A program made the translations under genes and the position numbers. This document shows positions 47,261-59,737 of a stretch of DNA of 64,000 nt, piece after piece. Origin of the DNA: Glaucostegus cemiculus (Eukaryota); assembly GCA_976551045.1 (NCBI GenBank), contig CDPCPM010000026.1, positions 6,696,001-6,760,000 of the forward strand, given 5' to 3'. Position 1 is the first letter of the stretch; each line of letters opens with the position of its first letter. The notes under the pieces were generated by a model that worked only from the letters and a program-made list of their open reading frames with translations, had not been told where the DNA came from and searched no databases.

Positions 47261-50200
47261 TAATAGAAACATGAGCCAAAATAGAAAATAAAAGTCAAAT
47301 CAAAAACATTTGAAATCCGATATACCATGGTTATCAGATGAGGTGGAGAGAATTACATTCTCTTTAAAGGTATTTCTCCTGCCGCCATTAGCATCCCCTC
47401 ACAATTCCAAACCCCAGTTGTTTAAGCTGTTTTATTCATTATAATGAGGTAATCCTGCTCTGAAAGTTTTATGTTATCTGGAGACCTGTACCTTATGGAA
47501 ACTTTTCATTATAAATGGTAATGGCCTGTAAACCTTCCAGTCTGTACAGCTTGCTTCAATCTGATTTGTTTCACCGCTGCATTCAGGTCAGTCATAGAGT
47601 GTTTATAGAAGCACTTTATTCTGACTTCATGATTTAGCTCAGGCTAAGTTTAAGGATAAAAGGGATATTGTTTTTTTTGAGCACTTCCTTAGAATCTCAG
47701 AGCTCTGTTTTAAAGAAGTGCCATGATAAACCTATCTATGAAGCTGCTTCCAATCCTTCCAGGAGCATGAGTGAGTGAAGTTGATCCTTTCTCGTTGAAA
47801 TTCAATCAAGGGCATTAAAGTGTAAACCAGTTGGAAAAACAAAGAGCTTAGGGAAATCAGATGCGTAAACAACAACAAACATGTACTTTGTAATCTTCTT
47901 AGAGAAATTAATGAAGGGAAAAACCCCTGTGCTTGAAAGGATAATGATCCGCTGCGATCATATAACAGCCCTGGGAGGATCAGTCTGGAGGTGAGAACGA
48001 AGCAGACTAGATTAAAGTAAACCCCCACAGGAATAAAGAAAAATTAGGAACAAGGATCACAGCCAACCAATTCACACATCCAAAAAGATTTTCTGGATGT
48101 GGGAGCATAGATCTCAGTTTATTATACTGGAACTCACAAAGACTGTAACATTGATACTGTCAGCTTCATAGTCTCATTTGATTTTCCTATTTAAAAAAAT
48201 AAACTGTTCCTTGGAGTTTGAAAGCAACATAAATAAAGGATTTATCCAGTGCAAATATTTTCTCCTCATAGGAATTAAGCCTTTGTGTTGAAAATGTACT
48301 TACTTTATAGCATTTTCCTTTGTTTTTGCTCCAAGCCAATTGCATTCCCCCGACATCCAATGATATTGCACTCCTTGATGGACAACTGTGGCTACGATGC
48401 AGATTCTTCCTCAAACAAATTATGCAAACAAAGGAGGTAAGTCTTGTTTTTCTAATGATGATGTCTTTAATCTGGCTTTTGATCTAATAGGCTGCATCCT
48501 GAAAGTTTGATATGGGCCAGTGGAAGTGCTGAAAGATCAGTGTTACAAGGAAATAAATGTTGATTTGATTATAATGCCTCTGATAAGAAACAGCAGTTGT
48601 TTTCCAAGAAGCCTTTAGAAGAAGCTCTTCATTAGTTCTAGTTATCAAGTGATTGTTTCAATCCCTACCAAATAATTTGCAGACGAGCCTCATTCATTTC
48701 TGCCAGCAAAATGCATTTAACCATGAGACGGCAAGACTGACCAAATAAAGTCAAATTGCTAAGTACAATTCATACTGCTTCCTTGCTCTTCTGAAATGAC
48801 AAATGCATATTTGGAACTGAAGATCGTCATCCATCTTTTTTTATATATATTTGCCTAACCAGAAGTTACCGGGTGCAGAAAATCTTTTGTGAACATATTC
48901 CATGAGATTTTGTTCTTCAGACTTTTTTTTAACTGAAGCAAACTATTATTAAGAACAACAAATACAGACCTTGTAAAGACCATATGGGCAGAAAGCTACA
49001 TGATGTGGCTACCATTGCCCTGCTTGTCATCCCCAATCATGTTTAGTATAATCCTTGTTTTAATTTACTCTGCTTGTATGGCACCAATCTTGCCAGTGCA
49101 TTCCTCCGGGTCCCTTCATTCCTGCCATTTATGACAAGGAATATGCAAAGGCACAATTATTCATCCGCTAAGGTGACAGAGAAGGGCTCTGCCTGGGAAT
49201 ATGTTTTCAGTGGCTCAGCATCTTAATGTCAGTTGCTTAAACACTTTGCAGTTACAAGCAATTCTTCAGAGACCATTTTATTAATATGTTGATCTGAGAA
49301 GCGATTAGGCTTGGTATACATGAATAAGTATATTTATTTCGGGAGAGATAATCTTTTAGACTGATGGTGTGAATAGACCCTTATAGTGTTCTACTGCTAT
49401 ATTATTTTAATGTATTTGCTTGGTTTTATTCAGAGTTGACTTCAGCTGTTGTTTTGTTTATTTCAAGATTATATCTTTAGTTTATTTCACACAATGATGT
49501 AAAGTGCAGTCAGGAAAAATGCAAGAAGTCTCAAGTGCGGCATTCAGTTTCTTCATGCCATGATGTATTGCATTTGCCACGGTCAGAGCAGTTTTAACAA
49601 TGGCTTTCATTTTCTTCTGCTCTGAAACCATTTTCTTTTTGCAAGGCCTATTCTCTGACACTTCTCTTGCCTTTTCAGGGTATCATTTGCAATTTAAAGC
49701 TCACCTGGTGTGTGCACTAACAATAGGCTTCAGCATGAAATGGTTCAAGGCCTGCCTGCATGCCTAATGAGGTTGATGTTGAGCTATTTAGCTCTTTGTC
49801 CCACCATAATATCTACTTAATGCAACTCAATGGGAGTGGATTGTTGGAAGCGTTAAAGATTCTATTAAGTCTTTACAAAAGCCACTCTATTCTGCTTCCA
49901 ACTCTATAGCGGTGGCAGCATAAAATTTAAGAACGCAATAGTGGGAACAAGTGGTCCAAATGAGACTATATAAAGAAAATCTGTTAGAAATTTTAAAGAA
50001 AGTTTGTTACAAAAAAATAAGACCATTCATCTACAAGATTATGACAACTGTTCATCACAGTTCAGAATTTGTGACATTCAGAGTTTTATTCAGCAAGTTT
50101 AAAGTTAAACACTATTATATGCATCAGCCCTTCAACCTCTTTCATTATTTGCACTTCACTTTAAATGTTTCTAAATCTAATGAGGTCAAAGGGTAGCAGC

Positions 50201-53200
50201 AAAGGAACAATAAAGCAATATAGATTAATTCACAAGCCAGGCTCCACCTGTTATTTTTGCAGAAGATTATTTAAACCCTAACCTCTTAGAATAACACATA
50301 ACACAAAAAAATTGTATTTATTCAGGCTTTTTTATTTTTTCCTTGTGGGATTTTATCAGACACGTATGGTGCTAGCCACCAGCCAGGAAAAGCAGAATGT
50401 AGTAGGGCCAGGATTTCACACACTTGGCTTGAGGAGGGGGGTACTAAGCTTTCTTTTCAGACATGGTAAAACCCTCCATCTGGCCACCCTAAACTCTCAG
50501 TTAGCTTGTTCAACTTGCTGTCAGCTGATTGGGCTTTCTGAAGCAGAAGTAACAACATCAATAGTGTAAACCCTTGCCACTTGAGAGTATTACATTTCAT
50601 TTCATGCTTGACTTAATCAAAACTGGGGAAATGAAATTTACACCTTTTTGATGTTCTTTTCCCTGCTGTTTAAGAGAAAAAATCTTAACCCTTTTGATCT
50701 TCACAAGGACCTACTAAATGACCAAATATGCCAAGCTGCCAGGAGCAGACGGCTGGCAGTTGCCAAGTTATGTCAGGTCAACATTCAGGCACTTACTGCT
50801 GCACTGCTTCAGCAGAAGCCCCAAAATGGAAAATGACAGTTGCTGTAGAAGTGCTGGTTTAATTACTCATTGGTGTGATGAGCCCTCAGATCCAGCCAGG
50901 CTCAGGGAGAAGTCTGTATCTTGCTGGCTGTGTGCTGCTATCCAGCATCACTGTGCACTGTTTGCTCCTCTTAATGAAACCAGGGTTGTTAAGGCTGTTG
51001 GCAGCATCCTGCTGCTCATGGCACTGTGGTTGATCGTGACAAACACATGCAGGAAAAAAATTAGGTTTTTTTTCTCTCTCGGAAGCTTCCAGAGGCTCGG
51101 ACGCTCTCCTGCAGGCTTTCCGCCTTTTTCTCACCCTTACTAAAGCCTCCATTTGTGACTTGATGAAAACATTTGTGATAGATAATCAGATGCTTGTGTC
51201 TTGCGGGGAACAACGTCGTGTTTGTTAAATATAAATTACCATTAACGCAGATAGCATTGCAGAAGGCAAAGGGTTTTGACACATTTTCAATGAAGCAGGC
51301 TGGGTTTCGATGAAGGGAGCCAAGTGCCTGTAAAGAAACTTGTCTGGGACCGTGATGTTCGGACAGTTTTTGTGTGACAAGATACATAGTTTCTATTCAG
51401 CTACATGGAGATTATTGGTTACTATAGTTTCACTAATGCTCAATTGAAGCTGATGGCTAAGCTGAACAGAATAGGTTAAAAGGTGCCGATGTTCAGACCC
51501 AAGAAACCACATGTTGAGAGTCAGGGACCAAACAAAACAAAGAGCACATCTCCGTGTTCTTTGATGTCTTCTCTGAGGGTTGTAGAATGAGAAAAAAAGA
51601 ATATTTTGCCCTCAGATAGGATTGCTCGATGGGACCTATGACAATGCTTCAGTGTGAAGACACAATCTAATGGTTCAAACAAAATAGGGCAATAAAAAAA
51701 AACATTCACTGGCATGCATATTTATTTTGAATTTATTTCTCATATCTTTTGAAACTAATATATTTTTCTCCCTCTAACCTGCTTTACCAAAATGAAACAC
51801 ATTACACCCACTTAGGTGACTTGGCCTATTAGGATCCCTTTGCATTTACTGGATGAATTGTCTCCACTGTTACACTAATCAGTTTAAAAAGTAGGAGAAA
51901 TTAGTATTTATTTCTTTAATACTTACTGAGGTCCTTATATCCAGTAAGTGACATGTTACCTTGCCCATTGTTAGGATCCAATATCTGATAGGGTGACTGT
52001 GTCATCGTGTGGTAGAATGCACATCCGATGCCCTGAAACGTCACTTTATTTTTGTTACTGTTGTAAGGTGGAGGAGTGCCTATGGCATCTAATGGTTTTA
52101 TGTGGCTTCTGACATAAATCAACACTGGAGGCGACTTTATTTGTTCAGTGCTGGAGAGAAAAAGCCAAAAATATCACAGGTAAATAAAGGAGCTGTTTAA
52201 TAATTATAAACCTTCCAATATTTTTAAGTCAAATAGACATGCATAATACCCATGGACCTTGCATAAGTTGCTTTTTTTAAATATGCTGCAATTAAGAGGT
52301 GAAGCTTCTGTTTATTTCTTCAAATGTTTAATCATTGGTCTGTATTAAGGCCCCTCTATGGCAGAACCAAAATATGTTTTTTTTTGTGGCACTGGAATAT
52401 CACACTTCACAACAGGGGTGAACCACGGGTTATGAGATGCAGCATAAAATGAAAATATTACATATACTCAAGATATTTTGGAAGGCAAATATTCATTTGG
52501 GTTGGAGCCTCAGGCAATGAGCAGTAACCACCAGCGCTAACATATATTAAATCATGCTCATTGTCTCTTAGTTCATGTTTAATTTATATCCAGCAAGCTC
52601 TAGGTCCTGGTTTTCATATAAGAATGTAATTTGTACTAACTGTGCGCACCAAATAAACACTTTAAGAAAATTCAATCCTTATAGAAAAAAAGTCATCAAA
52701 CAATAGCTTTGGGATCACTGTCCTTGAATTTGAGTCTTTAGTGATGCATCAGTGGGTTTACAATATGCAGAATTACCAGGCATATTAATGACCAGATGCA
52801 GTACCAGCCCATTCTCCTCACTGAAATCTTCTTATGCAAATACCCCATGAATCCAGTTCAAAGGGATGGTTTCAAAATGAGCTACTACGCACATTCAGAT
52901 GAGTCCTTTCACTGCCTGGGAGAGGCCCTGTAAAGAAAGTGACATGAGAGAAGTTTGGACACTTGTTTTTATACTGAACATGATCCTGTTATTATAATCT
53001 TATACTAGTTTCTTGCTCAGTTTGGTTTTTGATTTTTAAGTATTTAATAGAGGGGGATAATCCCAGCCTTTGTACCACTGTGTACTAAATTTGGCACTCA
53101 ATGAGAAATTGTTGTGTTTGGTTGCATGTTTAAACCATCTTTTCAGTTAAGAAGGGTTATGGCACTGAATAGTCTTTTGGACTCGATAATTGCCTGCATT

Positions 53201-56200
53201 TTGCATAAGAATGTAACAGATTTTATTAGCAAATTAATTAAATACACTTTGAAGTTATAATTTGTAAAACATTTTAATTAATATTTTCTGAACTATGGAT
53301 ATAAAATGCAGTAAATATTTTAGCATGATGTCATTTTGCATTTGGAACCAATGAAAGTGTTTGCAAATGTTGTGAATGTTAAAGGAAAAAAACAACTTTA
53401 ATTTGGTCCTTCAGCTAAGCTGTGTTACAGTATTAGATTTTCAGCAAATAATGCATTGAACTGGTTGATAAAAAAGCAGATTTAAAATTGATGATGTGAA
53501 GCTTATTTTTTATAATTTTAAGTGTTGATTATTTAAGAATTAAGGTTAGTTCAAAATTAATATTAGGGCTAGATAAAGGAGAGTTGTATTTGACCTTTAG
53601 ACTAAAAATACATGTGGAGCTGGGTTTGAAAAACGCACAAGGGAAAGAAATATGTATTGGTTAAAAGATAATTAATGGGATATTGTTGATATGAATCTTT
53701 CTTTTGAGTGCTAATTTTAGTAAATAATTATGTGGATCTATTTTTTACTTTAATCCTTTTGGCACTATTATCCAAATGCTTGAAGAAAAAATTTAATCAT
53801 CATTGATCATTAATTTTGTTTGAAAATTCTTAAGTGAATGATCTAATTTTGGAAGTGCAACAAGGAGCTTAAGTGAAATTTATATTATATTGTATGTAAT
53901 TGCTGTTTTAAATCTCCTGCACAAGTAAAAGTTAATGACTCAGTGGCCACTGGCGGCAGCACTTCACAAAGCATTTGAGCCCATCTTTCATTAGATGGTT
54001 CATAGGCAAATGCTACTGTAATCGTGCAGAGGTAGGTAACATTACTTGACAGCCAAAATAAAAAGAAACGTTTGACTGTTGCAAAATTGAATTTTTATAC
54101 GATTAAAAGATCATTTGTGCCATAAGTGTTCAAGAAACTATAAACCCATAGACAGAGTTGAAAGCTTATGCATTGAAAATAGAAGCGAAGTATTCATTCT
54201 ATTCTGAATATGAGGAAAGGATGCATAATAGAAAACTGCACAACAAAAGTTTGAACAACAAAAGTATAAAACTCATTTTCATTTGAATGCTGGAGATGTC
54301 ACATCTTCCAGTGAGTGATTCTATGTAAAGAATACATTCACAATAATACATTTATTTTTAAAAAATGAGACAATTAGATGAAAGACATAACAAAACCATA
54401 CTGGCAGAAGTATTAAGTTTTTTTTTAAATAGTTGGAGCCTAAACTTAGCTTGTTTGCTAAAAGCATGCTTTTTGTAAATTGAGGTAGATATACAGCCAG
54501 AACAATTCATAGAACTCCAAATAAATGACTTAAGGAGTTCATGAAAATGTCGTTAATCTGTCTCATTTAATCCTTCTCAATTGATTCCAGTGTGTGTGTA
54601 GATTTTGAGAATTGATTCTCAAGCAAGAATGTTAGTCCACTGTGCTACTGAGCCAGCAACATTACACGCTGATCAAACTTTGTCTGCAGATGAATGTGAA
54701 ACCTGATTTCACCACCACTACCACCACCCCATAACCCCTTTCACCCAACTGGTGTATCTTATTCAGTTAGCTTGTGGGGCCACAACTTGTTTTTAAAATG
54801 TCTGTAAAAGCCAAACTGCCTATTTACCTATAAGTTTTAAACTTTATATATTTTCATTGTATAAAAGACAATTGTATAAACTAAAACAATAGTCTTGCAA
54901 CTAATTATTGAAAGAATGGCTGAGCCAGAACTTGCAGCGGAATGTTAGTAGTTTCATATCAGATTGCTGGCATTTCATTGCATAAATGTCATAAAATTCT
55001 GGACACCCATCCAAATGTAGAATTCCCAAACTCGTTAACCATTCTTTGGGATTTTGAGAGATGCTTGTTGATGTTGGACTTCTCATGGAATCTGCCCAAA
55101 ACAAATCTGAGCCAGGTTAAACTGAGGAGCAGGGCTATGTATTAGATAATGTACATTTTTTTGAATTAATTCAGTTTACTTGCATGTTTTTTCATTATTA
55201 TTTAACAGTTCTCATACATTGGTAACCACATTGCTTTGTATTAGTTGGAATACCACTTTCTTGCATGACAGGGGACAAACAATTGTCACCAGCAGCAGTA
55301 GACAAGCAGTGGTTCAATGGCTTAGTACTCCCAGAGGAGATAATGATGGCCAATCTGGCAGTGGTAGTCACATTGTCTCACCTGATTCTTCTCCAATCAC
55401 ATTTAACCATCCCTTCTGACTCATAGAGTACAGATAATATAAGCATGGATTTCCTAGTTTCAAACCCTCCCCTCTTCATAGTTTCACAGGATTCGGATGA
55501 AGACTTCAAGAGAGCAGCCCACAGACTAAGACTGAGGATATGAACCATGAAATGCTTGATCAGGCCTACTGAAAGGCCTATGTGCAATGCAATGAATATG
55601 AGGAGTCCTCATCTAGTCCTGGATGTGGCTTGGCGTGAATCTGAAGCCCATCCTTTCTGGTATGGAAGTGGAGTCCAGCTCCATTTCAACAGCTGCAGAC
55701 CATTCTTCACTGAGCATCTGGTGCCTTATGTCATAGCTTAAGCAGAAGCCACCCACTGAGAGCAATGGAAGCTCATTCTTCTTCCATCAGAGCTGTGTAT
55801 ACCAGTGTTCCAAGGGACTTTAAGGATGTCAGAGCTGCTCAACAATCTGTTCTGTAATAGATTACAAGGACTGCTGAGCCAAAAGCCTGAGGGATTAGCA
55901 ATGGAAAGCAAATTGTCCATTCTTGGGATAACAAAATTCATGCTCCCAGCACTGCCACTCCACCAGTCCCATTGCTGTTCTCTGACAGTTAGTCAGCCTG
56001 GATGCTGGAGCTTGAAGCCAGATATTTTATTCAGAGCGGCTCGAGTTTGTCCAGCAGCACCATATTGCAGCTTCATTCACTGCAAGTCGCTGGGCTTCCT
56101 ATAGCCATGCTGCAGCTGTAAAGGGCATTAAGTAGGAGCACCAGAACTGGTAAAGGCATGGAGAAGACAAGAAGTTTTCTGGTTTCAGTAATGGCTGGAG

Positions 56201-56329
56201 GTATAAATATGAAAAGCAATGGTGAATGTTATTCTGTAATTTTGGTCAGGTGATACTGGGATGATTAGAAACAGAGGCAAGGTAAGATGGGCAGTAGTCA
56301 AGTGGAGAAACTGATTCAATTAAATGAAA

Positions 56330-57400
56330 TTGTGGCCTGAGAATTCTTCTCTGATAACCCACTCAGAAAGGGGTTGTCATTTGTTGCATCCTTCCATTCT
56401 TTTCTTCTTCCTTTTCCCCCCTTCTTCCTCTTCCACAGAGTAGGGGCAGAGCCAATATTACTGCCAGATTATGGAGAACACAAAAGGTGAATTCAGACTT
56501 AGAGTTTTGCTCTGCAGGGAACTGCCAAGTGCTTCCAGCACAGTCCAGGTATTGGAATCCTTCAGAACATTAAATATTTTTTTATATAAATTTTATTTTT
56601 TTTAAATAAATTTTATTTACAGTGTGGTAACAGGCCCTTTCGGCCCAACAAGTCTGCGCCGCCCACTTTAAACCCCCAAATTAACCTACCCGTACGTCTT
56701 TTTTTTAGAATGTGGGAGGAAACTGGAGCACCCGGAGGAAACCCACGCAGACACGGGAGAACGTACAAACTCCTTACAGTCAGCGACGGGAATCGAACCC
56801 CGATCGCTGGCACTGTAACGACGTCGTGCTAACCGCTACGCTATCGTGCCGCCCAACATTGGTCTGTTCATGGGCCAGGCTGTGAGAATTCACTTCTTGT
56901 GCATCACCTTTAAAGTAGGTTAGGAGAAAGGGAATCAGAAGGGGCTCATGTTTTCAAGTAATCACAGTTTGTGCCCCAGAAATGATGGAATAATGAGCTG
57001 TTGCAGTAGGAAAGGCTTGTCACTGCACAGGGATATCAGACATTGACCAACATCATCTTCTGTGTATGGTTGTAACTCAGCTAGGTCTTTAGGCATGAAA
57101 TCCCTTATGGTTGTGGATCATCTCAAGACAATGTCGGTTGAGTAATTTGTTTCTAGCACATTCAGGAAGCCTGCAGTCTCAGCACTTCCATGTTCCTGTA
57201 TTCTCCTTCAAGTAGGAGGGGGCAAAATTTGGCTGCCTTGGAGTAGAGAACACCTTGTGAAGTCTCTATGCTGCAAATTTGACAATATTTCCAATGACCT
57301 TGCAGTATCCTGGAAAAACTGAAGGTGTAGATGTTGTTAGCTGCTAAACCCTTCCCCACTACTAGCAATGATGTTCTGATTCTGCTCCATGGCTACACTT
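56330..57400 (-). pseudogene. PIF/Harbinger (HARBI1-like DDE) transposase fossil, interrupted by V-SINE
   Basis: Manual translation across frameshifts gives, in order: VLYSKAAKF (about 57250), TAGFLNVLETNYSTDIVLR (57121-57180), HNHKGFHA..LSYNHTQKMMLVNV*YP...FLLQQ (56995-57118), EQT-[SINE]-VLK, then FQYLDCAGSTWQFPAEQNSKSEFTFCVLHNLA (56462-56560) and an acidic tail. The order matches Harbinger AGFP.V.GAIDCTH / NRKG.HS / YPGS.HD..IL / IE..IG.LK.RF.CLD...CC.LHN. Confidence 0.8.
56572..56854 (-). mobile_element. V-SINE subfamily A, youngest copy (CpG-rich)
   Basis: Reverse strand GGGCGGCACGATAGCGTAGCGGTTAG...GGTTCGATTCCC, intact V-domain and tail GGGCCGAAAGGGCCTG. TSD AACATT at 56566-56571 and 56855-56860. 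Confidence 0.93.
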
Positions 57401-57927
57401 GTCACTGTAGTGTGGAGTGGCAGATGCTGAAAAACACATGAGGGAGTTGTGGTCAGGTTGTGTGTAACTAGTCTGAAAGTGGCCAATGTTTGCCAACTGG
57501 GAGGGACCTCAGAGAGGAACCTGTGAGAGATGGTAGGCTTGGACCATTCTCTTGGAATAGATCTGAGTGCACTAAGGAAGAACAGATGACATTCAATGTC
57601 TCAAGCCCATTACATTACAGGTAATTTGTACCTGAAATCTTCTCACTAAATGTTGATCTCTATCCAAGGACACCCTTGCTTAAAAATCACGCAGCAGTTG
57701 TCCAGCATTTTAAGCCTTTACATTTTGGATGATTAAATGCTTCCGGATTTTAACCCCAAGTTAACAATCTAATTTTAATATTTTGGTCCCTTTTTTCTAG
57801 GGCAAGTGGTATATCATATGTACCCTATAGATTTCTTCTGATGAATGTGCATGCACTTCCAAAGCCAATATAGCCTTGCTGTAGGTAAGATACATAACTG
57901 AATGCTGCAGACTGGGTCAGATGAGAA

Positions 57928-58050
57928 TCAAAAGCAAAGTTCTGCAGATATTAGAAATCTGAAATAGGAAACTTTGAAAACACTCAGTAGATCAGGCAGC
58001 ATCTATGAAAAGAGGAATAAGTCAACTGTTGCAGATTAACCCACTCATAT
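57928..58050. mobile_element. Penelope-type terminal fragment
   Basis: CTGCAGATATTAGAAATCTGAAAT...ACACTCAGTAGATCAGGCAGCATCTATG. Confidence 0.6.
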
Positions 58051-58099
58051 TATGACTGTGCCCCTTTGTAATTTCCTGCTTCAATATGCATAACATAAT

Positions 58100-58420
58100 A
58101 TGCCTGCGAAGCAAGCAAGGTTTGATGTACAACTTCTTATTCCTTCTTCTAAATCATTGATACGTATACCGAAAAGCTCAAGTAACAATACAGATCACAA
58201 CAATCAGAGTACATTATATTTACTCCTTTCTGTTTCTGACCTACACACTAGTTGATAATCCATTCACAAGATTACTTCCAATAACATCTGCTTTTACCCT
58301 TGCAAATAATCAGTGGCTGGAGCCTAATCAAATGTCTGAATGCCCATCATGTTAGTGACCTTCCTCAAAAGTTTTAAGGAGATTAATCAGACAGGATCTA
58401 CCATTCACAATTCCCTTTGT
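58100..58420 (-). mobile_element. CR1 reverse-transcriptase remnant, old
   Basis: Reverse strand GIVNGRSCLINLLK (about 58375-58415) and RINDLEEG (about 58142-58166) match CR1 'GFxxGRSCLTNL' and 'YINDL'. Confidence 0.7.
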
Positions 58421-58460
58421 TCAGCCATATTTGTTTCTATACTCAGTTACTCTCTTAGTC

Positions 58461-58855
58461 CATAAGATATGGGAGCAGAATTAGGCCACTCAACCCATCG
58501 AGTCTGTTCCACCATTTAATAATGACTGATTTTTTTCCAACCCCATTGTCCTGCCTTCTCCCTGTGAACCTTAACCCCCCCCCCCACCTTACCACTCAAG
58601 AACCTATCCATCTCTGCCTTAAATATGCCCAGTGACTTGGCCTCCACAGCCGTCTGTGGCAATGAATTCCACAGCTTCACCACCCTCTGGCTGAAGAAGT
58701 TCCTCTTCATCTCAGTTTTCAAGGGTCATCCCTTTATCCTGAGGCTGTGCCCTCAGATCCTAGACTTTCCTACTCATGGAAACATCCTCTCCATGTACAC
58801 TTTATTCAGGCCTTTCAGTATCTGGTAGGTTTTGATGAGATTTCACCTCCCCCCC
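58461..58855 (-). mobile_element. CR1 3' fragment
   Basis: ORF 58516-58722 KTEMKRNFFSQRVVKLWNSLPQTAVEAKSLGIFKAEMDRFL. Terminus CATAAGATATGGGAGCAGAATTAGGCCA. Confidence 0.92.
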
Positions 58856-59737
58856 ATCATCTTTCTGTATTCAATATCCCTTAATAAAATTTCCACTCCT
58901 TGGGGGAAAAGGAAGGGGAAGGCTGAAATGGGAATGTTTTGAGGTAGGGATGACCTTTCTGTTTAGGATTATCTAGGTTTGTTGAGTTTGCGGTCTAGCA
59001 GATCTTCAACTATGAGCTAATATATTGGAGACTACAACAATGAAGCAAGGAAGAGCTGAAAACAAAAACTGACTGGGAAAGACGAGGGCAGTGACAAATA
59101 TGACCAGAGCAGGTTTGAACTCTGACTGTAAAGTAAAAGTATGGATATGGTGAATTGATTTAAACAACTGGCATCACAAGTCAAAAGTGAGGAAATTGGT
59201 TCAAATTTCCCATTCTCTACAAGAACAGCAGCTGTAACCAATCAGTAGGCTTGCACCTGGTTTCCCATGTTGCTCAGAGGCATGTCAGACTAAATCATCT
59301 AAGTCTTTTATCTGTATAGAAAGATAAGCCCAGGAATTGCTGTTTCTCTGATAACTGTGGCCTGCTAAAAGCTTTTGGTTTACATGCAATTTTGCTGCTT
59401 TCATTCTCTGAAGATTCTTTTCCCCCTCCATGGCATGTCAACCAATGGGAAGAGAGCAGCAATAAATTCAGTAAATAAGCTGTGAGCCTCAATTAGGATG
59501 TAATTAAGCTCCAGCAAAAGCACAGCTATGACAAACCAAGCTGATTACATACCAAATTGATGTAGATTTCGATCAAATTGAGAGAAATACCAAGGGGATG
59601 CAAACCTGCTGGAAGGACACGGCACAAAGGCACACACTTCAAACACTAATGGCTCTTCCTGCACAACCACTGCTGCCAGTAGCATGTGGTGCACCAGGCT
59701 TGGGAGGCACATGCATCCAAGAAAAAAGGGAAGAAGG

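Noticed and set aside
50718-51143. Longest non-TE ORF (141 aa)
   Set aside because: No recognisable domain, Cys/Leu-rich random-like composition, no convincing splice boundaries, and overlapping antisense ORFs of similar length. Likely chance in locally GC-richer DNA.
53944-53961. CTCF-like TGGCCACTGGCGGCAGCA next to TGACTCA
   Set aside because: One base short of core spacing and lacks the central AG.
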